A stretch of 24,520 nt of DNA from a virus (Duplodnaviria; Caudoviricetes). Each line of letters begins with the position of its first letter. Position 1 is the stretch's first letter. The DNA lies in IMG/VR virus record IMGVR_UViG_3300025810_000078, positions 1-24,520 of that record. One strand, given 5' to 3'. Position numbers and translations under genes: made by a program. Positions 1-7,405 of this stretch are shown piece after piece. The notes below the pieces were generated by a model. The model was given only the letters and a program-made list of their open reading frames with translations, searched no databases and was not told the DNA's origin.

Positions 1-538
1 GCCAGTGGCGCGTCATGCCCGTCAATCCCATGTACAGCTGCGCTTGCACGTAATAAATATTATCCCAAGATTCAAGCGCTTCCTTTTCATTCTTGTCGCG
101 TAGCTGCTTAAGCTTTTTGAACTTAGCTTCATTGCATACTTTAGCTTCAAAAACATGCCAGGTTTTCGGCGCATGAAGTAGGCCAACCACTGCACCATCC
201 ATGTGGCCACGTACATGGCCACCACAGGCCGTTACTGCGAACTGACTACCATCGGCATTAGCGGGGTGCAGCGTAACGCCTTCAACAGCATTGATGCGTT
301 CCACGATGATATCTTCCCCACGGTGGCCATCGTCAATCGCTGCCCAGCCTTTCGCTTCAATGGGTTCGCCCTTGGTAGCACGAAACGTTAACCATAACTT
401 GCGGCTACAATCGTGGCCTAAGACAGAACATCCAAGATACTGGCGTGGCTTGTCTTCTTCGGCGTTACGCTTGGAAGCGAAGGCGGCAAATGCCGCCTCC
501 AGTGTTGCATCAAGTTCAGGCTTTTTGATGGCTACCAT
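1..538 (-). CDS. Cas4-like / PD-(D/E)XK phage exonuclease (partial, runs off the left edge; not in the supplied ORF track)
   Basis: Manual translation from the ATG at 538: MVAIKKPELDATLEAAFAAFASKRNAEEDKPRQYLGCSVLGHDCSRKLWLTFR...DGHRGE...RGHMDG...VFEAKVCNEAKF...YYVQAQLYMG. It carries the RxYLGxSxxGxxCxRxLW, GHxDG, ExK and QxQxY motifs of phage Cas4/RecB-like nucleases. The start lies 1 nt after the stop of the upstream gene. Confidence 0.85.
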   Translation of the reverse strand, partial: MVAIKKPELDATLEAAFAAFASKRNAEEDKPRQYLGCSVLGHDCSRKLWLTFRATKGEPIEAKGWAAIDDGHRGEDIIVERINAVEGVTLHPANADGSQFAVTACGGHVRGHMDGAVVGLLHAPKTWHVFEAKVCNEAKFKKLKQLRDKNEKEALESWDNIYYVQAQLYMGLTGMTRHW

Positions 539-539
539 C

Positions 540-1046
540 TTACTGCTTCCAAGGTTCCGCAGGTGCTTGTGGCGCTGCTAGTGCCGCTGGCACAGGCTGT
601 TGTGCCGGTGCTTGCGGTGGCGCCGCTGCGGCAGTCTGAGCTTGCGCATACTCGCGCACACGCGCTCGATCTTCATAGCCGTTCTTTCCCTTCTCAGTTT
701 CAACGCGAACCATAAAAGGGCGATTGTGTAACGCTTCAGTGTAATCGAATGACGGCACGCCAACTAATGCGCCGAGGTTCATTAACTTCTGCCATTCACG
801 CTCCGAGTCTTTCTTGGAATAAATGAAAAACATATCAAAGACACGGCGCCCTACGAAGTCGGGATCGCCGCCTTCCCCCACGCCAGTAATCTCGTACTGC
901 GCATTGATGTAATCAACGCCTGATTCGCGGCCAGTGCGTTCTTCGGAATCAATCATCTGAACGATGTACCAGCCTGGCGGCACGGTGGCATACTCGTCTT
1001 TTATCTCGACATACTTCGAAGTTACTACTCTGTTTAGTTTTGGCAT
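540..1046 (-). CDS. DUF669-like single-stranded DNA-binding protein
   Basis: VPPGWY..., GRRVFD, LHNRPFMVRV and a low-complexity Ala/Pro/Gln tail ending PWKQ. It sits in the usual position downstream of a Sak4-like ATPase. Confidence 0.75.
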   Translation of the reverse strand: MPKLNRVVTSKYVEIKDEYATVPPGWYIVQMIDSEERTGRESGVDYINAQYEITGVGEGGDPDFVGRRVFDMFFIYSKKDSEREWQKLMNLGALVGVPSFDYTEALHNRPFMVRVETEKGKNGYEDRARVREYAQAQTAAAAPPQAPAQQPVPAALAAPQAPAEPWKQ

Positions 1047-1050
1047 TCTT

Positions 1051-1731
1051 CTATTCTCCTAAGATCTTAGTAATTACACTGCCGAGGTTTGCAGGCTCAA
1101 ATACGTCAAGCTTACCGCTGCGATCCTTGGCTTCATATTGCACGTCGCGCTGCGTTTGCAGCCAACGTTGTATTCCACCCTCGTTATCTTTCTCTACACG
1201 AAGGGCAAAACATTCATCAAACAAGTAAGGTAACTCGTTTGCTAATCTTGCACCTGGCATGGATGGCCCATAAAGCATAGTGCCTTCAATCTCGTCTTTG
1301 ACGCGTACTTGCTTACATGACATATACACATGCTTGCCTGGTAAGTCACGGAAAGCGCGCACCAAAGCGCCCATACTGTCATTCAGCGCGCCGTATGCCT
1401 TGCGCCCATCCTTTGTTGCTGCCTTTTCTTTAGCCAGACATACCTCGGCTATCTCGCTGATTGAATCGAGCGCAACAGACTGGAAGTGTTCTGCTTCCTT
1501 GCTGCTGCTGATAAACTCGAATGCCTCATAGAGATCTTCGATCTGCTTGACTTCAATCACCGGTATATCTGATCCAGCCAGCGAAAGCAGGCCAGCTTCA
1601 GCTGACAGTATTATAGGCTCAGGCAGCGTGGCGCATAGGCGCGTCTTACCTGCTCCCGCTGGGCCATGCACCAGGATTTTAACGCCTTGATACGTCGCCG
1701 CGTCTTTTGTTGATACTAATTTGATCGCCAT
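1051..1731 (-). CDS. Sak4-like AAA-family ATPase / ssDNA-annealing protein (AAA_24-like)
   Basis: Walker A HGPAGAGKT, SAEAGL, Walker B VALDSISE, PYLFDE and the C-terminal AKDRSGKL motif typical of Sak4-like proteins. Confidence 0.85.
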   Translation of the reverse strand: MAIKLVSTKDAATYQGVKILVHGPAGAGKTRLCATLPEPIILSAEAGLLSLAGSDIPVIEVKQIEDLYEAFEFISSSKEAEHFQSVALDSISEIAEVCLAKEKAATKDGRKAYGALNDSMGALVRAFRDLPGKHVYMSCKQVRVKDEIEGTMLYGPSMPGARLANELPYLFDECFALRVEKDNEGGIQRWLQTQRDVQYEAKDRSGKLDVFEPANLGSVITKILGE

Positions 1732-1732
1732 T

Positions 1733-2152
1733 CTATTCTCCTATAGTGATTTTAATGGTTGATTTGCCAGGTTTGGCGGTTATGTGTTTGGACAGTATAC
1801 CATAGGCATCGCCCTCATGCGCCTGTAGTTCGCGCATACGCTTCAGATTAAGCGCAGGCTTGTACCTGACTACATCCTGATACGATGGTGGTAGTTCTGC
1901 CAGCGTCTCATCCAAGCCGTCTGCATCAAGCGTACGATTAATCTTGTTAGTGACTTCGATCTTCATATCGCCAAGGATGGTAGCGTTGGTTCCTTCAGGC
2001 GCAGCGGCTGGCAGCAGTTCAAGCAGGCTGCTCTCAAGGTCGGCTATGCGCGCCTTAACTTGTTCAAGCTTGCTGCGCTCCACTTCCAGCTGCGCGGCCA
2101 GCTTTATTGTCTCTACTGCGTGTTGTGATGGGCTTGCCATTGTGATTTTCAT
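1733..2152 (-). CDS. Hypothetical phage protein with coiled-coil N-terminus, of the type often found upstream of Sak4-like ATPases
   Basis: AGGAG RBS upstream. Tightly coupled to the ATPase gene. Motifs RTLD, VRYKPAL and ITAKPGK. Confidence 0.7.
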   Translation of the reverse strand: MKITMASPSQHAVETIKLAAQLEVERSKLEQVKARIADLESSLLELLPAAAPEGTNATILGDMKIEVTNKINRTLDADGLDETLAELPPSYQDVVRYKPALNLKRMRELQAHEGDAYGILSKHITAKPGKSTIKITIGE

Positions 2153-2172
2153 AAGTATCTCCTATGTAAGTA

Positions 2173-2235
2173 ATACCCTGCTCGCATAACTACACCTGTT
2201 CTTATGTAACGTAAAACAAAGCGCGAGCAGGGCAT
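2173..2235 (-). promoter_or_regulatory. Long stem-loop in the intergenic leader of the recombination genes
   Basis: Perfect 10-bp inverted repeat ccctgctcgc (2176-2185) / gcgagcaggg (2223-2232). It extends to 13 bp with one G-U pair on the minus-strand RNA. Confidence 0.55.
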
Positions 2236-2241
2236 ATTCGG

Positions 2242-2514
2242 TTATAGCTCTTCTTCCATCGAAAGGAAGCGAAGTAATATATACATTGTTTTATTGCGCA
2301 TTGCAAGGTCGGCGACCGTCTCGTACTTCATGTAGTTAGAATGGCCAAGATGCTCGGTGTATAGCGATACGCTGCCATCATCAGGATCGTATATCACACT
2401 GTAGTCTTTGCCATCCTTCTGAAAGGTGTAGGCAGTGCGAGCATTCACTAGAGAGAACTTGATAATTTTCCCTAGGTAGCCATGGTTTAGTATGGTAGAT
2501 GTAGGCTTGTACAT
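2242..2514 (-). CDS. Hypothetical early protein (90 aa)
   Basis: ORF preceded by AGGAGATCAAAGAAATG. Confidence 0.7.
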   Translation of the reverse strand: MYKPTSTILNHGYLGKIIKFSLVNARTAYTFQKDGKDYSVIYDPDDGSVSLYTEHLGHSNYMKYETVADLAMRNKTMYILLRFLSMEEEL

Positions 2515-2526
2515 TTCTTTGATCTC

Positions 2527-2709
2527 CTATTTAACTATCTTTAAACCAAATTCTCGCGCATCTTGTTGTGCTTCTTTTTTAGTATAGTAAGCGCCGAACA
2601 GCTCATATTTTTCAGTCGTGGAACTTGTCAAGCAAATTTCTTTGATGCCTACAATGGCCCAAGGCGCAGAGTTGAATACGGTATCTTTTTTGATTATTCG
2701 GTAGTTCAT
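2527..2709 (-). CDS. Hypothetical early protein (60 aa)
   Basis: ORF preceded by AAACAGGAATCAAAGAAATG. C-terminal YxTKKEAQ motif is common in small phage early proteins. Confidence 0.7.
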   Translation of the reverse strand: MNYRIIKKDTVFNSAPWAIVGIKEICLTSSTTEKYELFGAYYTKKEAQQDAREFGLKIVK

Positions 2710-2777
2710 TTCTTTGATTCCTGTTTACTTTTGACCGCGATTAGTATACACATATGTCTACTACTTGTTTTTCTGCG

Positions 2778-3029
2778 TTAGATAGTGGGATTAGTAGGTA
2801 GCTCCCAGAAGTCATTACTTTCCCAGACAAGAGCAGAACCATCCTCAAAATGAAATATAGTCTGCCATTCCTGATAGTCTTGTTCTGTCTCCATGGCAGA
2901 CTCTTCACATTCATGCACAAGTGTATCGATGTCAGTGTATTTCGTTAGCATTGTTTTTCCATTCTTCATTGCATACACAATTGAATCTTCATCGGTGTAT
3001 TTCGTTAGCATTGTTTGTGCTTCATTCAT
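2778..3029 (-). CDS. Hypothetical acidic early protein (83 aa) with a duplicated 20-aa N-terminus
   Basis: Preceded by AGGAGAGTAAAGAAATG. Contains MNEAQTMLTKYTDEDSIVYA followed by MKNGKTMLTKYTDIDTLVHE. Confidence 0.7.
   Translation of the reverse strand: MNEAQTMLTKYTDEDSIVYAMKNGKTMLTKYTDIDTLVHECEESAMETEQDYQEWQTIFHFEDGSALVWESNDFWELPTNPTI
2935..3016. repeat. 22-bp perfect direct repeat, 60-nt period
   Basis: gtgtatttcgttagcattgttt at 2935-2956 and 2995-3016. Confidence 0.9.
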
Positions 3030-3041
3030 TTCTTTACTCTC

Positions 3042-3302
3042 CTATTTTGCGTTGACTTTCATTACTTGGCGTGCGGCATCCAGGGCGGTGCATCCACTAA
3101 AGAATCGCTCGCCGTTAGCATCGCGAAGGTAGTCGCCGCGCTGCCACATTTTGGCGTTTTTCAGAATATCTACTAGCATTACAATCAATTCATCTTCGGA
3201 TGTTTCTACGCCAAGTTCGTTGCGCACTTGTACCCAAGCGTTGCCAGCGGCGATCATGGTGTTTAAGATTTCATTGTTCGTTCTTTTGAGTGTCTGGTGC
3301 AT
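3042..3302 (-). CDS. Hypothetical early protein (86 aa), first gene of the leftward operon
   Basis: Preceded by AAACAGGAAGCAAAGAAATG and a consensus promoter. Confidence 0.75.
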   Translation of the reverse strand: MHQTLKRTNNEILNTMIAAGNAWVQVRNELGVETSEDELIVMLVDILKNAKMWQRGDYLRDANGERFFSGCTALDAARQVMKVNAK

Positions 3303-3336
3303 TTCTTTGCTTCCTGTTTCGTTGACTGTGATTAGA

Positions 3337-3364
3337 ATTATACACGTTCAATCCCATGTGTCAA
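3337..3364 (-). promoter_or_regulatory. Sigma70-type leftward early promoter
   Basis: The minus strand reads TTGACA (3364-3359), a 16-nt spacer, then TATAAT (3342-3337): both hexamers are perfect consensus. Confidence 0.85.
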
Positions 3365-3419
3365 CTACTTTGTGCAATTATTTTTGGTAATAGTTCACAC
3401 AATTAGGGATAGAACTATG

Positions 3420-3444
3420 TGTTATACTGCGCTAGTGTTATGAT
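3420..3444 (+). promoter_or_regulatory. Candidate rightward extended -10 promoter(s)
   Basis: TGtTATACT at 3420-3428 and TGtTATGAT at 3436-3444, upstream of the first rightward gene. Confidence 0.5.
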
Positions 3445-3472
3445 TCTACCTTTAACTAGATAGGAATTTAAC

Positions 3473-3568
3473 ATGATTGAACATATAGATAGTGTGCTGA
3501 CGGGGTTAGGTTTGCTGATATGGCTAGCGCCCGCTATCCCATTGATTTTAAGGTTGATTTTTAAATAG
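3473..3568 (+). CDS. Small membrane peptide (31 aa; not in the ORF track)
   Basis: MIEHIDSVLTGLGLLIWLAPAIPLILRLIFK with one hydrophobic helix. TAGGA RBS upstream. Its stop overlaps the next gene's AGGAG. Confidence 0.55.
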   Translation: MIEHIDSVLTGLGLLIWLAPAIPLILRLIFK

Positions 3569-3579
3569 GAGTTCTACCT

Positions 3580-3744
3580 ATGTATATGGTTAATCGCAAA
3601 AACGCATATAAGATAGTTAGATATTATAAAGATAAAGATGAGTATAAGCTGCGCGCATCATGGGGGACTGAGATTCGTGTCAGCGGTCAGAAACTTGAAG
3701 CCAATGGCTACTATAAAGTTAAAAACAAACCGAGGTATTTTTGA
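3580..3744 (+). CDS. Small basic Lys/Tyr-rich protein (54 aa; not in the ORF track)
   Basis: MYMVNRKNAYKIVRYYKDKDEYKLRASWGTEIRVSGQKLEANGYYKVKNKPRYF. AGGAG RBS upstream. Its TGA directly abuts the primase ATG. Confidence 0.65.
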   Translation: MYMVNRKNAYKIVRYYKDKDEYKLRASWGTEIRVSGQKLEANGYYKVKNKPRYF

Positions 3745-5793
3745 ATGAACGAATTGAAAGAAGCGGCGTTACACTATGCCGAGAAGCTAGGCTTGCCAGT
3801 ATTCCCAGTGCATGGCGTGGTAGATTGTCAGTGTACATGCGGCGATCCAGATTGCAAACGACCCGGCAAGCATCCAATCACATCCACTGGATTTAAGGCG
3901 GCAACTACTATATCGAAAATCATTAGCGGCTGGTGGGACGCTCACCCACATGCAAACATTGGCATATTATCGGGGGCGATTGGTATGGTGGTGGACGTTG
4001 ACCCACGCAATGGCGGTGAACAATCATTGACGCGATTCCATGAGGATTATCGGCCAGGTCATACTGTAGTGGTGGCTACTGGCGGTGGCGGCACGCACTA
4101 CTGGTATAAGACTGAGGAGCCATTCAAAACTTACCACGATAGCCGCTACCCAGGTATAGACTTCCAGGGCGTAGGCTCGTACATCATAGCGCCACCATCG
4201 AACCACATCGACGGCGGGCAGTATAGGTTCATTGAATGGACAGATATCGGCTACTGTAATTTTGAGTTCTTCGATCACGTAAAAACCATACGCCAGCTTG
4301 CCGATGTGCCGAAGCCTAACGATGGGCTTATGGTCGAGGCAGACCTAGGCGAGCTAGCCGAGATACGCGAAGCGCTTAGGCACATACCGCCAGATATCCA
4401 GTATCACGATTGGATTAAGGTGGGCCAGGCGCTACGCTCCACTGGCTGGATAGAGGCGCAGCATTTATGGCATGAGTACAGCAGCGGTGAGCTATACGGC
4501 GAAGACTACACCGACTATAACGCGCGCGATTGTGCCAGTAAATGGCGCACGTTCACTGCTAGCGGCGGCGTCACGCTGGGCACGCTGATGCACATGTCAA
4601 GCAAGCACGAGACTGAGAAGTACCGACAGCGGAATCTAGCGAATGGCTTAACGGATGAGATGATACAAACGCAGTATGAGCGATTCATAGAGAACCTCGA
4701 AAAGAAACGCAACAGACCATCTAATCCGGTATTCAATACGCCGCTGAACATCGTGCGTCCTAGTGAGTACCGCACACGCAAGCCACCGGCATGGCGCACG
4801 AAAGGCGTATACCCACAGCGTGGTGTGTGTATGCAGTACGGCGCGTCAGGCATTGGTAAAACGTTTGGCGTGCTAGACCATGCTGTCTGCACGTTCGCGG
4901 GCAAGCCATTCCTTGGGCACGATACTATCGAGCCATGCGGCAGTGTGTACTTATGCCTGGAAGGCGAGATCGGAACCCGATTGATGGCAGCAGCCAAGTC
5001 TCACGGCGTGCGACTTGAAGATATGGATGGGCATGTGACGGTTGTAGAGGGCGCGCTGCATATCACTGAGCCTGAATCGTTCGATCAGTTCTACGATGCG
5101 CTGGCGCAGCTGCGCGAAGCTGGCTATGAGTTCGGCACAGTGTACGTGGACACGCTAGCGCAAGCGATGGGCGGCGCGAATGAGAATGACGGATCTGATA
5201 TGGGTAAGGCTATTTCGCACGTACAGGCGCTAGCGCGTGAGTTCAACTGCTTGATAGTGCTGGTGCATCATACGGGCAAGAACGCCGACCTAGGCGCTCG
5301 TGGACACTCTAGCCTGTATGCCGCGTGTGATACCGTGATAAAGATGGGCATGAAGGAAGGGGTAGGCACAATGCGAGTAACTAAGCAGAAGAATGGGCCA
5401 ACAAAAAGTATCGGAAGGTTCAAGCTAGATGAGTACAGCTTGGAACTATCAGACTTCGCAGCAGATGTGCGTGAGTTCTTAACGCATGAATCACTGGATA
5501 CTTGCGTAATGACTAAGGCCGAGGATAATCGCCTAAACGGCAAAGGCGCTGGCGGTATGGCGCAAAAGAGAGAACGCGCGCAGGCTGCTGCCGGATGGAT
5601 TGCGGCTAGTGAGGGCAAGCGTATGCCGATGGATGCACTGAAGCAGCGTATGCTAGAACTAGTCAAGGTACAATCGCCTGAGCTGAAGAACCCGTACAAA
5701 GCGCGAGATGATGTAATGATGCTAGGTGAGAAGGCGCAGCTGTGGGTGGTGGTTCCGGATTCGAATGGCGAAGCTTTTGCTGAACTAACTTAG
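3745..5793 (+). CDS. Bifunctional primase-polymerase (PrimPol) + PriCT-2-like domain + RepA/AAA_25-type helicase
   Basis: N-terminal PVFP, CxCGxxxC..GKHP, ANIGI, VVDVD, TGGGGTHYWY and YIIAPPSxH. Middle YHDWIKVGQAL...W..(Y)S...KWRTF (PriCT-2-like). C-terminal Walker A GASGIGKT, YVDTL, LVHHTGK and RGHSSL. Confidence 0.9.
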   Translation: MNELKEAALHYAEKLGLPVFPVHGVVDCQCTCGDPDCKRPGKHPITSTGFKAATTISKIISGWWDAHPHANIGILSGAIGMVVDVDPRNGGEQSLTRFHEDYRPGHTVVVATGGGGTHYWYKTEEPFKTYHDSRYPGIDFQGVGSYIIAPPSNHIDGGQYRFIEWTDIGYCNFEFFDHVKTIRQLADVPKPNDGLMVEADLGELAEIREALRHIPPDIQYHDWIKVGQALRSTGWIEAQHLWHEYSSGELYGEDYTDYNARDCASKWRTFTASGGVTLGTLMHMSSKHETEKYRQRNLANGLTDEMIQTQYERFIENLEKKRNRPSNPVFNTPLNIVRPSEYRTRKPPAWRTKGVYPQRGVCMQYGASGIGKTFGVLDHAVCTFAGKPFLGHDTIEPCGSVYLCLEGEIGTRLMAAAKSHGVRLEDMDGHVTVVEGALHITEPESFDQFYDALAQLREAGYEFGTVYVDTLAQAMGGANENDGSDMGKAISHVQALAREFNCLIVLVHHTGKNADLGARGHSSLYAACDTVIKMGMKEGVGTMRVTKQKNGPTKSIGRFKLDEYSLELSDFAADVREFLTHESLDTCVMTKAEDNRLNGKGAGGMAQKRERAQAAAGWIAASEGKRMPMDALKQRMLELVKVQSPELKNPYKARDDVMMLGEKAQLWVVVPDSNGEAFAELT

Positions 5794-5822
5794 GTTAAAT
5801 TACCCGATGTGCCGAGCATGTA

Positions 5823-5863
5823 AGTATATATATTTGGCTTCTTTAAAGCCAATATATAATACT
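5823..5863. repeat. AT-rich imperfect inverted repeat (candidate origin or terminator)
   Basis: agtat-atatat-ttggctt / aagccaa-tatata-atact, in a roughly 140-nt AT-rich gap after the primase-helicase. Confidence 0.5.
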
Positions 5864-5936
5864 GCTTAACCATAGGTATATGTATATATAAGGGACAGAG
5901 GTTAGGATAGAAACTTTTTAATTGGAGAATATTGTT

Positions 5937-6449
5937 ATGAATCAAGTAGTTGGAGTAGATCCAGGACTGACTGGAGCGGTGTCTATCCTATGGGTAGATA
6001 GTGGTAGGGTAGAAGTGGTTGACATGCCCGTAATGCCGCGCCCGTCAGGCAAAGGCAATATGGTGAATTATGCTGATATGCGTGACATCGAAGACCTTTT
6101 TGTTGCAGGTTATAAATCGGCGGTATTTATCGAGGACGTTCACGCTATGCCAGGGCAAGGTGTGACTAGTGTATTCTCGTTTGGCCGTTCGCTTGGTGTG
6201 ATTGAGGGTGTCTTTGCACAACATGAGATCGAATACGTCAGGCCGCAGAAGTGGAAAAAGCACTTCGGATTGTTGAACAAGAATAAGGATGATGCTAGAC
6301 TGTTAGCGATTGAACTATATCCGCAATTGGAGTCTAAGCTGAAACGTAAGAAGGATATCGGGCGCGCGGATGCTCTGCTTATTATGCGGTACGGGCAAGA
6401 TACACTTAACACAGGCGATAAGCCTGAACAATGGAGACGAATACTATGA
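5937..6449 (+). CDS. RuvC-like Holliday junction resolvase
   Basis: VGVDPGLTGA, FIEDVHAMPGQGVTSVFSFG, VRPQKWKK and GRADALLI. The ATG at 5937 follows GGAG and is preferred over the TTG at 5922. Confidence 0.88.
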   Translation: MNQVVGVDPGLTGAVSILWVDSGRVEVVDMPVMPRPSGKGNMVNYADMRDIEDLFVAGYKSAVFIEDVHAMPGQGVTSVFSFGRSLGVIEGVFAQHEIEYVRPQKWKKHFGLLNKNKDDARLLAIELYPQLESKLKRKKDIGRADALLIMRYGQDTLNTGDKPEQWRRIL

Positions 6450-6841
6450 GCAGAGAAGTAGATTCAGATGGCAACGAGATATTCACTATACCGAGCTTGC
6501 GAGAGGATGTACTGATTGAAGCAGCGGAACTCACTAGCGACGACCGAGATGAGACGTATGGGGATCCGAGCGCGAACCTGGAGCTGTCGTATCGATTGTT
6601 TGGTGAGCTAATGACTGCCAGCAGCGAATCCGACAGGGAGATGGGGGAAGGTGAGGCAGGCGCACTGATGATGGCATGTGTAAAGCTTGCGCGCATCGCA
6701 GCGGGGCCAGTACTGCATCGTGATAACTACGTGGATGCAGCTGCCTATGTAGCAATTGCATACGAGTGTGCGATACAGGAAGACACATCCACCATAGCTA
6801 TAGAGGAATGGCTATTGAATAGAGGGCACCGTAATGATTGA
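6446..6841 (+). CDS. DUF6378-like protein (all-alpha, putative nucleotide pyrophosphatase-like)
   Basis: EA.EL...DR..TYG.P..N, MMACVKLAR and DNYVDAAAY. The ATG at 6446 follows GGAG and overlaps the RuvC stop (ATGA). Confidence 0.8.
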   Translation: MSREVDSDGNEIFTIPSLREDVLIEAAELTSDDRDETYGDPSANLELSYRLFGELMTASSESDREMGEGEAGALMMACVKLARIAAGPVLHRDNYVDAAAYVAIAYECAIQEDTSTIAIEEWLLNRGHRND

Positions 6842-7058
6842 TTTGGAGAAAGAAGCACGAGAGAGTGGGGTATGTGGCGAGATGAGTGTGAAGATTGCTG
6901 AAGCGGTCGCTGAAGCCATGGAGCTGGGCGCTACGCCGATGGATGTAGTGGGGCATATCGAAATGTACTTATATAGTTTCAAATCTGGTGTGTTCGCCGA
7001 GGCTCGCGACAAGTACATCTTGATGCAGCTAGAGTCTGAAATGAGCACTAAACAATGA
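6834..7058 (+). CDS. Hypothetical protein (74 aa)
   Basis: Overlaps both neighbours. GAGGG upstream. Confidence 0.6.
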   Translation: MIDLEKEARESGVCGEMSVKIAEAVAEAMELGATPMDVVGHIEMYLYSFKSGVFAEARDKYILMQLESEMSTKQ

Positions 7059-7405
7059 CTAAGGGCAGTAATAGTCGGATCTTGCGCAGGCAAAGCATAA
7101 AGCAAGCTAGTAGCAAATGGCCCATCAAAACAGAGACGATAACTACAAAGGGAGTCGATGACAGGTGGTACTGCGAGAACTGCGGCTATGTTGATACACA
7201 ATTTTACACTTGTCCTAATCCATTTGCGCCAGAAGGTGCTGAACTGACTGGCTGTATGAACTGCCGAGGTGTGAATACGCTATTAGCAGCGTGTCACACC
7301 GGAGACTGCAATGAACTTGCTACTGATGTGTGTACTCGCTCTGATGGCGGCGTGGCGTATAGCTGTAGCAAACACAATGCGCGATGTGTTAAAAGGGAAA
7401 CATAA
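7055..7405 (+). CDS. Cys-rich putative zinc-binding protein
   Basis: CENCG, CMNCRG, CHTGDC and CSKH. ATGA overlap with the upstream gene. Confidence 0.6.
   Translation: MTKGSNSRILRRQSIKQASSKWPIKTETITTKGVDDRWYCENCGYVDTQFYTCPNPFAPEGAELTGCMNCRGVNTLLAACHTGDCNELATDVCTRSDGGVAYSCSKHNARCVKRET

Noticed and set aside
22-225. 67-aa minus-strand ORF from the track
   Set aside because: It is an out-of-frame shadow of the nuclease ORF that starts at 538.
1-538. CRISPR-Cas locus implied by the Cas4-like gene
   Set aside because: There are no other cas genes or array in the window, and the context is a standard phage recombination module.
3303-3744. Lambda-like CI/Cro lysogeny switch or prophage boundary
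   Set aside because: No HTH/S24 repressor, integrase, att-like site or host genes are recognisable in the window, so lifestyle cannot be determined.
6446-6841. Modified-base (e.g. 2-aminoadenine) pathway suggested by the DUF6378-like gene
   Set aside because: No PurZ, DNA polymerase or base-modifying enzymes are visible in the window.
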